A stretch of DNA of 64,000 bases from Naegleria gruberi (Eukaryota). The translations under genes were made by a program, and so were the position numbers. Below are positions 30,376 through 40,955 of this stretch, in pieces; the stretch's first letter is position 1, and the number at the start of each line of letters is the position of its first letter. The stretch lies in assembly GCA_000004985.1 (NCBI GenBank), contig GG738865.1. The stretch is one strand, 5' to 3'. Under the pieces are notes generated by a model, which had not been told where the DNA came from, did no database searches, and saw only the letters and a program-made list of their open reading frames with translations.

Positions 30376-32649
30376 TCATTTGAACTCTTCGTCAACGAAT
30401 ATAGAAAAGTGGCTAGCAGGTTTTGAAATTGAAGCACCAATTGGTTGCAACATCCCCAACATCATGTCATCGTTTTGTTGTGGTAGTGAGTAATTTGTCC
30501 ACTTGTCAGGTTTCTCATTATTTTCCTTTTCTTGCTCTTGTTCACTTGTCAAGAATCGAGGTCCCATAGATGTTAGTTCTTTTGGAATTTGGAAAGGTAG
30601 AGTTCTAGTTGTGGCGGCATGGGCAATCTTTTCAGCACTTCCATTCGATTCATCATAAATCACAAAGTTATTAATTGGTGAATTCTTCTGAGAGAGACTG
30701 GCATTGCTATTTTTCATTTTAGTTGGTTTCATGGAAGGAATTGGAGGTCCTGATCTTAGGGGTCCACTGGGTATGGCAGTTGTTGGTCTTATTGAGGTTG
30801 GTTTCTTGGCTAGGCTATTGAAAGGTAATCTCTGGTTGTTGGAATCAGTAGCACTCTGCGGGTTGTGTCCTCCAATCATTGGTGGTGCTGTTTGAATTGT
30901 TGAGCTTGCCATGGTTGTTGAGGAAGTGGATGAGGCAGTCCTGTTTAGAATACTCTTCATGAAACGAGCCTTCACACCAGTGTGGAAAGTTTGTAGAGAT
31001 TTTGCAGGTTGAGCTCCTCTATTGATACCCTGTTCAAGAACAGCATCAGCTGCTTTCAAATCCTTTCGATCTTCCAATAGGGTGGCCCATCTAATGTACA
31101 GTTCAGAATGATTGAGACAAATCTTTTTAGACTCCAAAAATGTAAAGACATCAATTGGGTCCAAACACTGGTCTGCATATTTGAGCCAAACTCCCAGATA
31201 TCGTTCATCATTCCTATATCTTTCCAATAATTGTTGATTGGAGAGAATAAACTTTGTACATGCTTGCAGAGTTGGAACGTATTGAGAAGCCTTACTAAGT
31301 GTTGGATAACTCTTTTCAATCCACTCTACATATTCCAACCAAACAGTGATTGGATCTAAATGATTCGACAAGGATGCAATTCTCTTCTCAAATTGTTTTC
31401 TCTCCACTGAAAGTTTTGGTTTCATATTGTGATTATCAAAGCACACCTTTGATTTGGTGAGATTGGAAAAATTGAAATGTGGCTTTCCTTGTTGTGGTAT
31501 TGGACTGGCATCTGTCATGGCACAATCATCCTCCCCAGGTGCTGATAATGCCACAATTGTGTTAAATCCATTAAAACTACTATTCATACACGAGGTTGGT
31601 GAAAACATTCCAGTAGGAGACATTGGAGTCGAGCAAGCATTCACATTATTCGAAGCAGTCATGAGTGGATTGAAAGATGTAGAGCTACTGCTACCATTAA
31701 ATGATGTACAAAGGGTTGGTGGACTCTGGAGTGATGTAGACACAGAACCACTTCCAGGTAGCATGATTGGCTGGAGTGGCTTAATTTCCTGTAAAGGTTG
31801 TTTACCAAATATTCTCCTCAAATCAGTGGCCTTTCTACCACCTTTCAGAGGAATGATATTCTCCTTTGCAGCTTCAAATTCCTCAAAATCAACAATGACC
31901 CTTTCCTCTGTTGATGTTGGTTGTTGTGTTGAATCTTGAATTCCACTTTGATTGTTATTATTATGAGTATTAATGGCAATTGGAGATTGGAAACTATTAG
32001 AAGGTGAAACACTCAAAGATGGAAAACCCTGATTATTGGAGGAGGTAATAATTGAGGAAGGAGAGCAACTAGTCGATGGTGATGAATACACCGAAAAGGT
32101 CATACTATTCACAGTAGGTGAAGAACTCAAACCAAAGGATTGTTGTGGTGAGGATGACAATGAACCAATTTGATTATTATTATTAGTACTTGGAATATCT
32201 AGCAAGTTATTCCCATTAGTAGGCATCATGAGCATTTGATTTCCACTACTAAAACCTAATTCATTTGTATTAATTGTATTATTATTAATTGTATTAAAAG
32301 ATGATGAAGGAAAAACAAGATTAGGCTTTGATAAACTTCTACTCGGACGATTCATCAAGAGACCAGGGGCAGAACTACAACTCGTCAATGATGATCCAAC
32401 ATTGCTAATAGTATTAGTTGGTGATGGATTAACACTGGAGGAGGAAGGCTTTGATAATCTCAAGCCATTGTTGGATGATGGAAACGAGACGGAATTAGTG
32501 GGGAGTGTGATGGTGGGAGTTCCTAGGCGTTGAAAGGAGGATGGTCTGATCAGTGATGCTGGAGGCGGTTTATTGTTTGATGAAGCTTGCTGTTGATTGA
32601 TTGAAGAAGGGAGAGTAGGAGGGAATCGCAAGCGTTGACTTTCAAACAT
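30376..32649 (-). CDS. Mad3/BubR1-like spindle-assembly-checkpoint protein. It has a KEN box and the Mad3/BUB1 homology region 1 (TPR), and no kinase domain.
   Basis: 'WLEYVEWIEKSYP...YRNDERYLGVWLKYADQC.DPIDVFTFLESKKICLNHSELYIRWATLLEDRKDLKAADAVLEQGINRGAQP' matches the BUBR1 TPR region 'YHNDPRFISYCLKFAEY...PLYIAWAGHLEAQGELQHASAVLQRGIQNQAEP'. A KEN box 'FEAAKENIIPLKGG' lies upstream. The N-terminal approx 250 aa is S/N-rich. The ATG at 32647-32649 was verified. Confidence 0.65.
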   Translation of the reverse strand: MFESQRLRFPPTLPSSINQQQASSNNKPPPASLIRPSSFQRLGTPTITLPTNSVSFPSSNNGLRLSKPSSSSVNPSPTNTISNVGSSLTSCSSAPGLLMNRPSRSLSKPNLVFPSSSFNTINNNTINTNELGFSSGNQMLMMPTNGNNLLDIPSTNNNNQIGSLSSSPQQSFGLSSSPTVNSMTFSVYSSPSTSCSPSSIITSSNNQGFPSLSVSPSNSFQSPIAINTHNNNNQSGIQDSTQQPTSTEERVIVDFEEFEAAKENIIPLKGGRKATDLRRIFGKQPLQEIKPLQPIMLPGSGSVSTSLQSPPTLCTSFNGSSSSTSFNPLMTASNNVNACSTPMSPTGMFSPTSCMNSSFNGFNTIVALSAPGEDDCAMTDASPIPQQGKPHFNFSNLTKSKVCFDNHNMKPKLSVERKQFEKRIASLSNHLDPITVWLEYVEWIEKSYPTLSKASQYVPTLQACTKFILSNQQLLERYRNDERYLGVWLKYADQCLDPIDVFTFLESKKICLNHSELYIRWATLLEDRKDLKAADAVLEQGINRGAQPAKSLQTFHTGVKARFMKSILNRTASSTSSTTMASSTIQTAPPMIGGHNPQSATDSNNQRLPFNSLAKKPTSIRPTTAIPSGPLRSGPPIPSMKPTKMKNSNASLSQKNSPINNFVIYDESNGSAEKIAHAATTRTLPFQIPKELTSMGPRFLTSEQEQEKENNEKPDKWTNYSLPQQNDDMMLGMLQPIGASISKPASHFSIFVDEEFK

Positions 32650-32767
32650 TTTTTTCTGGTGTAACGGTAAAAAATTTAAAAATTGTGTAACGTTCTTGTG
32701 AAAGCAAGATGTTGTCTCAAAAGGGCTATTATGAAATTTAATAAGAATTTTGTGAAATCAAACAACG

Positions 32768-32850
32768 GCCCGCGTAGCAGAGTGGTCAAATGCGTAAGAC
32801 TTAAGATCTTATCCCGAATGGGTTCGTGGGTTCGAACCCCACCGCTGGCA
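32768..32850 (+). tRNA. tRNA-Leu, anticodon UAA.
   Basis: A cloverleaf was read by eye. The anticodon stem is TAAGA/TCTTA with loop CTTAAGA. There is a long variable arm. The T arm is GTGGG-TTCGAAC-CCCAC. The acceptor has one C-U mismatch. Coordinates are +/-2. Confidence 0.7.
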
Positions 32851-32889
32851 AATTAATTTTTTTCTGTTACCTAATTGACATAAGGATTT

Positions 32890-33468
32890 TTATTTCTTTT
32901 CAATTAATCTAGTAAACAAGTCACTAATCAATTCTTCATCCTTAGGTACCTCTTTCATTAAAATTTCATGATTTGGATGTTCTTCCCAACTTGGATATGG
33001 AGCTTCTTCATAAATTTCACCAAACTTTTCACTCAACTCAGTCTTCAACTCTTCCCAAACTCTTCCTAAATGCATATAAGGTCCAACATAGTGTTTCTTC
33101 AAATAAACTCCTTTTGGAATGGTTTTAAGTTGAATAGGAAGAGAATACGAACAAGTTTCGTTCACTTTCTTTATACTTTCTTCAAATTCTTCTCTCTTTG
33201 AAGGAAGATTGAATTTTTCAACAGTTTCTGCTGTGAGAAAAACAGCATTCTCCAAATCTACATCTTCCACAGAATCGAAACGATTGTAAAACGTAGCTGG
33301 ATACATTCTTGATTGTTCACCAACTAATTTCAATGCCATTTCATGAGTTTGTTTAATCCAATTGGTAAATTCAGGAGTAATGACACTAACTGATTGTCTG
33401 GAGACACTCAGATAGAATTGATCCTCACGGAAGGTAATAAGCTCTGCTGGTTGTGCGAGTTGAGACAT
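32890..33468 (-). CDS. GyrI-like (SbmC/AraC-effector-binding fold) small-molecule-binding domain protein, 192 aa.
   Basis: The C-terminal half 'KKHYVGPYMHLGRVWEELKTELSEKFGEIYEEAPYPSWEEHPN' fits the GyrI-like pattern (G.Y..L...W..L......G......P.YE.Y.ND). The ATG at 33466-33468 was verified. There is no intron. Confidence 0.4.
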   Translation of the reverse strand: MSQLAQPAELITFREDQFYLSVSRQSVSVITPEFTNWIKQTHEMALKLVGEQSRMYPATFYNRFDSVEDVDLENAVFLTAETVEKFNLPSKREEFEESIKKVNETCSYSLPIQLKTIPKGVYLKKHYVGPYMHLGRVWEELKTELSEKFGEIYEEAPYPSWEEHPNHEILMKEVPKDEELISDLFTRLIEKK

Positions 33469-33935
33469 TTTTTTAATTTGAAAAAAGATATTTTGATGGA
33501 AATGGATTGATTGTGGATTTACTAATTTGACACTTCTTATTGGTAGTGGAAGCTCATCTACTTCGAATATCTACTGGAAGTGGGTTCCAATCAATTTGAC
33601 CACTTTGAAAATCTATCAAATAACTTATTATTTGACCTTGGTTGATGGCAATAAGTGGATTATTATTTTCGCAGTAAATAAACTTATTGAAGCTCACCAA
33701 AAATCCTTGTGCAGATATCACTGTTGTGAAATGTTTCAAATTACAGGATGTTTTGCAAAGAAAACCTAATCGAGCATTAATTTTTTACATTCCCCTCATC
33801 ATTGTTGATTTTCTTTATGTAATAAATAAAATCATTGGACAATCTTTTCAGAGCAGATACTAGACATGATATTAAAGGTATTGATATCTCGAGAGTGGCA
33901 AAAGAAAAATAGATGAAGGAAAATGAATCAAAAGC

Positions 33936-34016
33936 TGCAGAAGGTGGGATTTGAACCCACGAAGCTTGCGCAGTAGAACTTGAGTCTACCCCCTTTGACC
34001 ACTCGGGAACCCCTGC
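33936..34016 (-). tRNA. tRNA-Leu, anticodon CAA.
   Basis: The reverse complement folds as a Leu-type tRNA. The acceptor is GCAGGGG/CTTCTGC with two G-U pairs. The D-loop is CCGAGTGGTCAAAGG. The anticodon stem is GTAGA/TCTAC with loop CTCAAGT. There is a long variable arm. The T arm is GTGGG-TTCAAAT-CCCAC. Confidence 0.7.
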
Positions 34017-34155
34017 TTCACATCGTCTCAACAAAGTTGTTTTTCACATTGAAATAGTCCAATAAAAATGGCACGTGCCTTTTTTGTTGGGAATGAATAA
34101 TTGAACTCTAACAATCTAAAATACTACCAACACAGTTCAGTAATATTGTTTAATA

Positions 34156-34833
34156 TTAGAAATGGACGACAGAGTCCATAGTTTTGTCATGTTTCTCAGT
34201 TGGAATGACAAATTGAGTCTCTTCACTTTCAATTAATTGTTTCTCAATTAATTGTTGTTTGTACTCATCGGGAAGTTTGAAATTTTCATCAATAAATTGA
34301 CATGAAAAACAAACTCCAACATGATTTGTCTCAAACTGAATCCTACCTTGCAAATCATCCAATTTTTCAAAGAAAGTATCATAATGACCCTTTCCTCTTC
34401 CCAATCTCCTATTTGAATAATCAAAGGCCAATCCAGGAACTATCACTAATAATTTACTATCCCCATTTAAAGAATCTAGTAAATTTTCTCTATTAGGTAA
34501 GCTTTCAATTGGAGGTTCCAATAACTTATATTTGGTATGAATTTTAAATGTTGAAAAATCCAATTCATCCTTCAGCGAAACCATTGTCATTATATCATTA
34601 ATTACAATGGGAATGAATAGCTGTTTTCCTCTTTTGAGAGCATTGTGAATAATATCCATGGTATCAACTTCATTGCGACCTTGCATTGGAATATAACAAC
34701 AGACATGAGTGCATTTAGTATAAAATTCACTATTTAATATTTGCTGTGCAATACTGTTGGATGATGATTGCTCTTGTTCACTTGTTGAAAGTGAAAGTTG
34801 GTGTTTAAAGTATCTTCTAAAGGTGTTTTTCAT
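34156..34833 (-). CDS. MTHFS: 5-formyltetrahydrofolate cyclo-ligase (MTHFS).
   Basis: 'LLVIVPGLAFDYSNRRLGRGKGHYDTFFEKL' matches the 5-FTHF cyclo-ligase signature (vPglAFD..G.RlG.GkGyYD). The ORF-track start at 34854 is a TTG, and the true ATG at 34831-34833 precedes 'MKNTFRRYFK'. Confidence 0.7.
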   Translation of the reverse strand: MKNTFRRYFKHQLSLSTSEQEQSSSNSIAQQILNSEFYTKCTHVCCYIPMQGRNEVDTMDIIHNALKRGKQLFIPIVINDIMTMVSLKDELDFSTFKIHTKYKLLEPPIESLPNRENLLDSLNGDSKLLVIVPGLAFDYSNRRLGRGKGHYDTFFEKLDDLQGRIQFETNHVGVCFSCQFIDENFKLPDEYKQQLIEKQLIESEETQFVIPTEKHDKTMDSVVHF

Positions 34834-35430
34834 TTTTTTTTGATCAAAAACCAATTGACTAAACTTTTACAAGATCTTTTCTCTAGGCCTAATGTCATAG
34901 ACCCGACTTTTTTGTAAAGAATATTTAACTATTACAAATAAACTTTTAACGGTGCAAATTCCTCATCTCCTTCCTCATCATCTCCTCATGAAAATCAATC
35001 CCATCATCTCCTCTCCATAATTATCACAAAAATTCGCCTGCATCATGCTGATTCGTTCACTCACAAATTTTAATAATAAAAAAATATTAAAAAAAATTTG
35101 CACAACAGTTGTTGCTGCTTTTTCATTTTGAATTTTTTGTATATTTTGTGTGTGATTAAGTGTCATATATAGCGCGTGGAGAGTTTATTGAATACATATA
35201 ATAATATACTAGTATTGAGTGTGTTGCTCTCACGTTCGTCTTCGGATCATCATTAGCGCTAGTATCTTCCCCGAGACAAAATTTTCTTCCATCACCATCA
35301 TCATTATTTATTTTCTAAATATTATATAATTCATATATATTGCATATAATATATTTATTTAATATTCACTTTTAAAATTGTAACGTATAGAGTAAAATAG
35401 CAACCAACATAACAAGTTTTTGAATACACA

Positions 35431-36774
35431 ATGGGAAATAATCCTTCTAATGATGCTCATATAGGAACCCTTCCAAAGGCTAATCGTTCTTCTTCTTCTT
35501 CTTCTTCACATAGAAAATCATCCTCTACCATATCAAATAATAACAATGCCAATCAACCTTCTGCATTACATTTAAATTTAGTAATGAATGGTAATGTTGT
35601 TGGCGCTACCTATCCACCTCCAAATAATAGTATGAATAATAGTATTAACAGTTCACCTGTTGGTGCTTCTGTGTATCAACCTAACAAGACAGATAAAGAA
35701 GCATTAATAGATGAATCACTCGAGAGTCAAACAGAAGTTCCTAATGAAATAACAGTCATGAATTTTAGTATTAGACGAGATTCTGTATTTGATGGAATGG
35801 ATCAGTGGAGAAATAGAAAAGATGCTGTTGCAAATATCATATTAGAAAGTAATGCTGATATTATTTGTATTCAAGATGCACTTCAACATCAAATACTCGA
35901 TTTATTTACCATGTTAAATGAAAAACAAGAACGTTCTCAATATTTATGGTTTGGTCTAGGACAAAGTTTTAATCAAAATACAAACGAATACAGTGGAGAA
36001 TATGTAACAATATTTTACAATACGGATAAAATTGAACTATTGGATCAAGGATGTTTCTGGTACAGCTACACTCCTTCAACGAAAGGAAGTAGAGGTTGGG
36101 ATTCTGTAGCTCCAAGACTATGTACGTGGTGTAAATTTAGAAATGTTAAAGTCAAGAAGGGCAATAGTTTTCACGTTTTCAATACACATTGGGATATTGG
36201 TGTTGAAGCAAGAAGAAATAGTGCCTATTTAATTAGAGAATATATTGAAAATTTATGTTGTCAGAGAGAAGAGGATAATACCATTCATACAAGACCATGT
36301 ATTGTTATGGGTAACTTGAATGCATTACCAGATTCTAATGCTATACATTTATTAGAAACTGGAATTGATTTGGGCGCCAAATCTATGGAAGAATCAGGAT
36401 CTGATGAAGATACTGCGAGTGATGCTTCCAATTATGAATCAGATGAAGAGGATTTATTTACACTTGTTAATTCTGATCCAACACATCATCCAACATTTGT
36501 TGGTTTGGATGGAAATGGTCCTCCATCATCATCCTCCTCATCACCTCAATCCAAATCTCCATCTAAGAAGGAATCTGTTGTGGGTGACAGTGTTACAATT
36601 GAAATTGAGGCAGGTGTATTCCCAAAGAAAGTCCAAGGAAAGTGTACTGACTACATATTCGTCTCTCCCAATGTAAAAGTATTAGATTTCAAAGTTATCA
36701 CTGATATTAAATGTCAGACAACACAAAGAAATGCCTCAGATCACCTTCCAATAATGGCTGCCTTATTAGTGTAA
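35431..36774 (+). CDS. Endonuclease/exonuclease/phosphatase (EEP) family protein with an N-myristoylation signal.
   Basis: 'MGNNPSN' has Gly2. EEP motifs are present ('ADIICIQDA', 'VFNTHWD', C-terminal 'SDHLPIMAALLV'). There is a poly-S tract. The ATG at 35431 was verified. Confidence 0.6.
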   Translation: MGNNPSNDAHIGTLPKANRSSSSSSSHRKSSSTISNNNNANQPSALHLNLVMNGNVVGATYPPPNNSMNNSINSSPVGASVYQPNKTDKEALIDESLESQTEVPNEITVMNFSIRRDSVFDGMDQWRNRKDAVANIILESNADIICIQDALQHQILDLFTMLNEKQERSQYLWFGLGQSFNQNTNEYSGEYVTIFYNTDKIELLDQGCFWYSYTPSTKGSRGWDSVAPRLCTWCKFRNVKVKKGNSFHVFNTHWDIGVEARRNSAYLIREYIENLCCQREEDNTIHTRPCIVMGNLNALPDSNAIHLLETGIDLGAKSMEESGSDEDTASDASNYESDEEDLFTLVNSDPTHHPTFVGLDGNGPPSSSSSSPQSKSPSKKESVVGDSVTIEIEAGVFPKKVQGKCTDYIFVSPNVKVLDFKVITDIKCQTTQRNASDHLPIMAALLV

Positions 36775-36917
36775 ATATTTTTACTATCGTATAATATAAT
36801 TAAGAGGTTTCGAATAGAGTCCCCAATTTTTGATATTCAGAAAGTTCTGAAATAAATTTTCCTTTTTACAATATGGCTTGACGTTTGACAACACTGATGA
36901 AATAATTAATTAAAAAA

Positions 36918-37658
36918 ATGTTAGGAGGCATGAGTGACGCTCTCGTTGAAAAGGTGGCTGATAGAGCCATTGGATTGATGTGGAAGAGAGCAAGAAATAG
37001 AGTTGGAGAATGGACTAAATTTATTCCAAATGTTGAACCATATATGAGATTTATTTCTCTTGGAGTTAGTGTTTGTATGTTTCTAATACAAATTAAATTA
37101 TCAACAAAGGATTGAAATTGTGATATTTGATGTTCATTGATAATTGTTATTATTTGGAAATTGGATTGAAAATTATTATACAATAATTACATTCGAATAA
37201 TTTGAAATAGTGGCACTGATGGCTTCTGTCGGATTGTTTTTGATTTACTTTTTAAAATCTGGAGCTGATTTTTTGGATAACAATATTTTCAATTTATATG
37301 TTGGTAGGTTTTTGAATCAAAATTTAATGATCAAATTTGGAAAGCAATTTATTGTGCACTCTATGCATTCGTTCTACCAATATTGGAAGTTCCAATCCCA
37401 TATTTTCAAAGGAAGGTTCCAATTCTCAATATTTATCACAAGAATTTTCTTGTTAGGGGAATTGTCGTTATTGTAATGAGTATTTTTGTGTGCTTTACTG
37501 TAATTTCAGCACTGCCTGGATTGGGAGGGTTATTAGTTGGTCTTGCTTATATTTGCTTATTATATCTAAGAGGAATAGAACCTGCTTGGTTGTCTGAAAA
37601 GGAAGACGAATCAGCTCAATATTCTCAAATTAATCAAGACGATGACGATGATTTTTAA
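36918..37658 (+). CDS. Possible multi-exon gene for a small membrane protein. Structure is unresolved.
   Basis: Three short same-strand ORFs are present (36918..37115, 37210..37476, 37383..37658). Hydrophobic segments are present. Candidate donors (GTATGT at about 37077, GTAGGT at about 37303) and AAAG/TAG acceptors were seen. I could not assemble a consistent model. Confidence 0.2.
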
Positions 37659-37833
37659 TAAATATTAAAGTGTATATTATCTATATTATGATATTTTGAA
37701 TGATTCAAATTCAATTACAATAAAGGAATAATTAAAATCTTGACAATGACTTTATAAACTACTATACAACCTAGTGTCCTTAGATGAAAAATAAATATCA
37801 AAATTGAACTCTTTGTAATTTAGGGATATCGCT

Positions 37834-39557
37834 CTACAGAATCAATTCGTGTTGCTGTGGTTGGGATGAGAGAATTTTAAATCTATCACGTTCTCTTTCC
37901 AATTCGAAAATTCTTCGTTGTAATTGTTGCTTCTCAGTTATGGAAGCTTGTTGGATGGAAGACATGCCTGTCTCTGCTTGTAGCAATTGTTCATTCAAAT
38001 CTTCAACTTGTCTCTGGACAGAATAAACCTTTGATCGATAGGCTTCCTTAATTTTCTTTGCTTTGGCAGCATACCTTTTAGCAATCTCTTTAGCAGCCAG
38101 CAGATCTTTCAATAATTTTTCCACCCTAACATTAGAATCTGTGTGTTTGTGTTTCAGCGTATCCATATCTAGTTTAATATCGGCAATGACCTTTAACAAG
38201 TGATTATTCTTATCGAGTTGATAGTCTCGTTCTTCTCTAAATGCCTGTGCTTCAGCTCTTACGCTTTCAGATTCTTTCCTCAGTCTGGCAATTTCATTAG
38301 TGAGTTCTTGAACATCGTGTTGACTTCTCTTTTCCTTTGAGAGTAAATCTTGTTTTAACTCATTCTTTTCAACTTCAAGTTGTAAATACTTTTCAGTTTC
38401 CTTTCTAAGTGCTTCATGAAGTCTCTCGTTTTCCTTAATGTGAATCTCGTAGGATTGTGTTACCAATTCTTGCTTGGCTTGTTGGAGATCTTCCACCCTC
38501 TTGTTCAATTCAGAAACCTTATTTGCCCAAATGTTTCTATCTCTCTCGTATTCTCTTTCTCTTTGAAGTTGATTGGCCTTGTAGGATGTTCGTTCTGAGG
38601 CAAACTGTTTTTCTGTTTCATCCAATTTGCTCTTTGTTGTGGTTAATTCCTTTTCGAGTTTTAAAATTTGATCGTGCATCTTGTCATTACTTCTGGTAAT
38701 TTCTTCAAGTTCTGCTTGAAGTCTTTCACATTTCTTTTGGAGTCTTTCGTGCTGTGTCTCTGCTGTTCTAACTTTGGAGACCAACTCGGCATGTTTCTGA
38801 TTATTCATGAGGTTGGATTGTTCTCTGGATGAAACAGCTTGCGCTTTTTCTTCTCTTACTTCATGTAGTTCGGAAAGTAGTTTTTTGATGCTTATTGACA
38901 TTTCTTCCTTTTCTTCTTCAAGGCGTTTTACTTGGAGAATCTCCTTAGATGTTTTCATCTGAATGTTCTGATCGTTTAATTGCATGATGAGCTCTTGAAC
39001 ACGATCTTCATAGTCACCCTTCATTTCATCAAATCTCTTCTCTGCCATTTTGAGTTTTTGTGTTAATTCATTCTTGGTTAGTTCGTATTCTCTTCTCAGA
39101 TCCGAATACATTTCACGAAATTTATCATTCTCATCGATTTCCCTCTCCAGACGATGTCTCAACTCCAATTCTTCCATTAATTTCATTTTCATTTGTTGAA
39201 GCTCTTGAGTATCCCGATCAAATTGATTTCGTAAGGACTCGAATTCCTTAGTTTTCTTTTCCAATTGATTTTTCCATCTCAAGTGTTGTTCATTGTTTTG
39301 ATTGTACAAATCCAGATATTCTCTTTTTAACTATTATTATTGTTGTGATGATGATAATTTTAATAATTATAATAATAATAAATTAATAATTTGCCAAAGT
39401 CATGATGATGTAAACAACTTCCGTGATGCTGCCTAATACAACTTACATTATCAAAATTTCTTTGGTAGGTATCATTCTCTGTTCTTAATCGCTGAAGTGA
39501 GAGTTGAACATTCCTATCGTCGCCCTCACGTACCGACGTTGAGGTTGTAGAGTGCAT
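37834..39557 (-). CDS. Coiled-coil protein of about 535 aa. Two exons, approximately complement(join(37834..39330,39447..39557)).
   Basis: Exon 1 'MHSTTSTSVREGDDRNVQLSLQRLRTENDTYQRNFDN' starts at a verified ATG (39555-39557) and ends at a GTAAGT donor. A 116-nt intron ends ...AATAATAG. Exon 2 begins 'LKREYLDLYNQNNEQHLRW...' in phase 0. The ORF-track 'M' at 39309 is a TTG. The remainder is E/K/R/L/Q coiled coil. Confidence 0.55.
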
Positions 39558-39595
39558 TTTTTTAAACTTAACGGCTTAATATTTTTTAATGGGTT

Positions 39596-39612
39596 ACAAT
39601 TTCGGCGGGAAG
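39596..39612. promoter_or_regulatory. E2F-like site, TTTCGGCGGGAAG, about 40 nt upstream of the coiled-coil gene ATG (39557, minus strand).
   Basis: 'caatttcggcgggaagtttttt'. Confidence 0.35.
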
Positions 39613-40078
39613 TTTTTTAAAATTCAAAGAAAGAGAGATTTTAATGTGAATCGTAAATCAAAATGTTTAATAATGTACTGGATATTCTATTCGTTAATTA
39701 TCATTGCACCTCAATAGCATGATTCTTAGTTTTGAGATAGTATCCAACACCCAATTCATTCTTCACCTTTTTAAGAAGCTCAAAACTTGATAAGCAGCAT
39801 AACATCTTAACAATTCATTTGATTAGAACATCTCAGCAAGAAAGTTTGCGGAAAATGGCAACTCTGAAGTTTATCCTGAACCAAGGAGATACAAAATGTC
39901 AAACACATTCATGAAAGATGCTTGACTTCAAGCTTAATGAAACCAATCAAATCTGCACTAATATTTAATATTTTGCACTCAATAAAACGTTGTTTAATTC
40001 TGTGGTTTTACTTTGCAAAATAATCTCATCACAAAATGAAAAAAAAATAATTAAAATTTATTTTTAATGCAATAAAAA

Positions 40079-40594
40079 ATGCTGAAATCATCAACCTTCC
40101 TCAGACCAATCGGTCTCGTTCACAGCCACTTTGTAGCCAAAAACATGGTGGTCAAGACTGAAAGAATGTCTCTCAGTTCTGTCATTCAACAAATGAATCA
40201 AAGACGTAATTTCTCACAAAATAACACCAACAGAGGATCATCCGGTCATCACGAACAAGAACATAAACAACACACTAAAAAAACCGAATTTGAAGAATTA
40301 GATGATGTGTTACCAGAACCACCAAAGAGAGAAGTCCTCTTGGCAAAGATTGCCGGTGCATCAGCAATGTTCTGGATTTTGTACAAAATGAGACAAGATG
40401 GTTTGATCGTATTTGGTTTGGAAAAGCCGCACTGGGAACATGCTATGGAAGATGATGAATCTGACAGAGATGATGAATACTTTGAAAATGCTCTTCAAGA
40501 AGATGAAGAATCTCTCGACCTCAAGATTGAATATCACTTGAGCAAGCCAGAATCCAACTTTGATAAGAAATTCGACATTTTAAAGTTGAAGTAA
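40079..40594 (+). CDS. Small mitochondrial protein, possibly an NDUFB2-like complex I accessory subunit.
   Basis: There is an N-terminal presequence-like region. 'AMFWILYKMRQDGLIVFGLEKPHWEH' resembles NDUFB2 '[24 protein letters not shown]'. The C-terminus is acidic. Confidence 0.35.
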   Translation: MLKSSTFLRPIGLVHSHFVAKNMVVKTERMSLSSVIQQMNQRRNFSQNNTNRGSSGHHEQEHKQHTKKTEFEELDDVLPEPPKREVLLAKIAGASAMFWILYKMRQDGLIVFGLEKPHWEHAMEDDESDRDDEYFENALQEDEESLDLKIEYHLSKPESNFDKKFDILKLK

Positions 40595-40955
40595 ATCAAT
40601 TTATTGGAACATTATCACTACATCATCATTTCCCGAGTTTAATAATTATTTAATAGGTCTCTCCTCTCACAAACAATTGCTATTTGTATTTAAAAGGGAT
40701 TTTTATCCATAGCACTCACATAAAACAAAATTCTTAATGTTAGCTTTTTAAAATTAGAACAACCATGATTAATTACATATATTAATTATATTATTATTGG
40801 TAAAACATTGATGAATATTGTATTCAATATTATATTAATAATTGAGAAGAAGGAGATGCAAGAACAATAATGCGTCCGTTCTTTTATCGAATCAAGATAA
40901 AGTGCTGCTGTCATCTTCAGTCTCTCATATCAAAAAATTAGAACAACATAACAAC

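Noticed and set aside
33777-34034. ORF of 85 aa on the minus strand
   Set aside because: It overlaps the tRNA-Leu(CAA) gene, and its 'protein' is the tRNA sequence read in frame.
40842-40955. N-terminal 38-codon extension of the GSS ORF
   Set aside because: Eukaryotic glutathione synthetases align from the MMMKNKAAL region, and the upstream extension is basic and low complexity. A mitochondrial or other targeting extension cannot be excluded.
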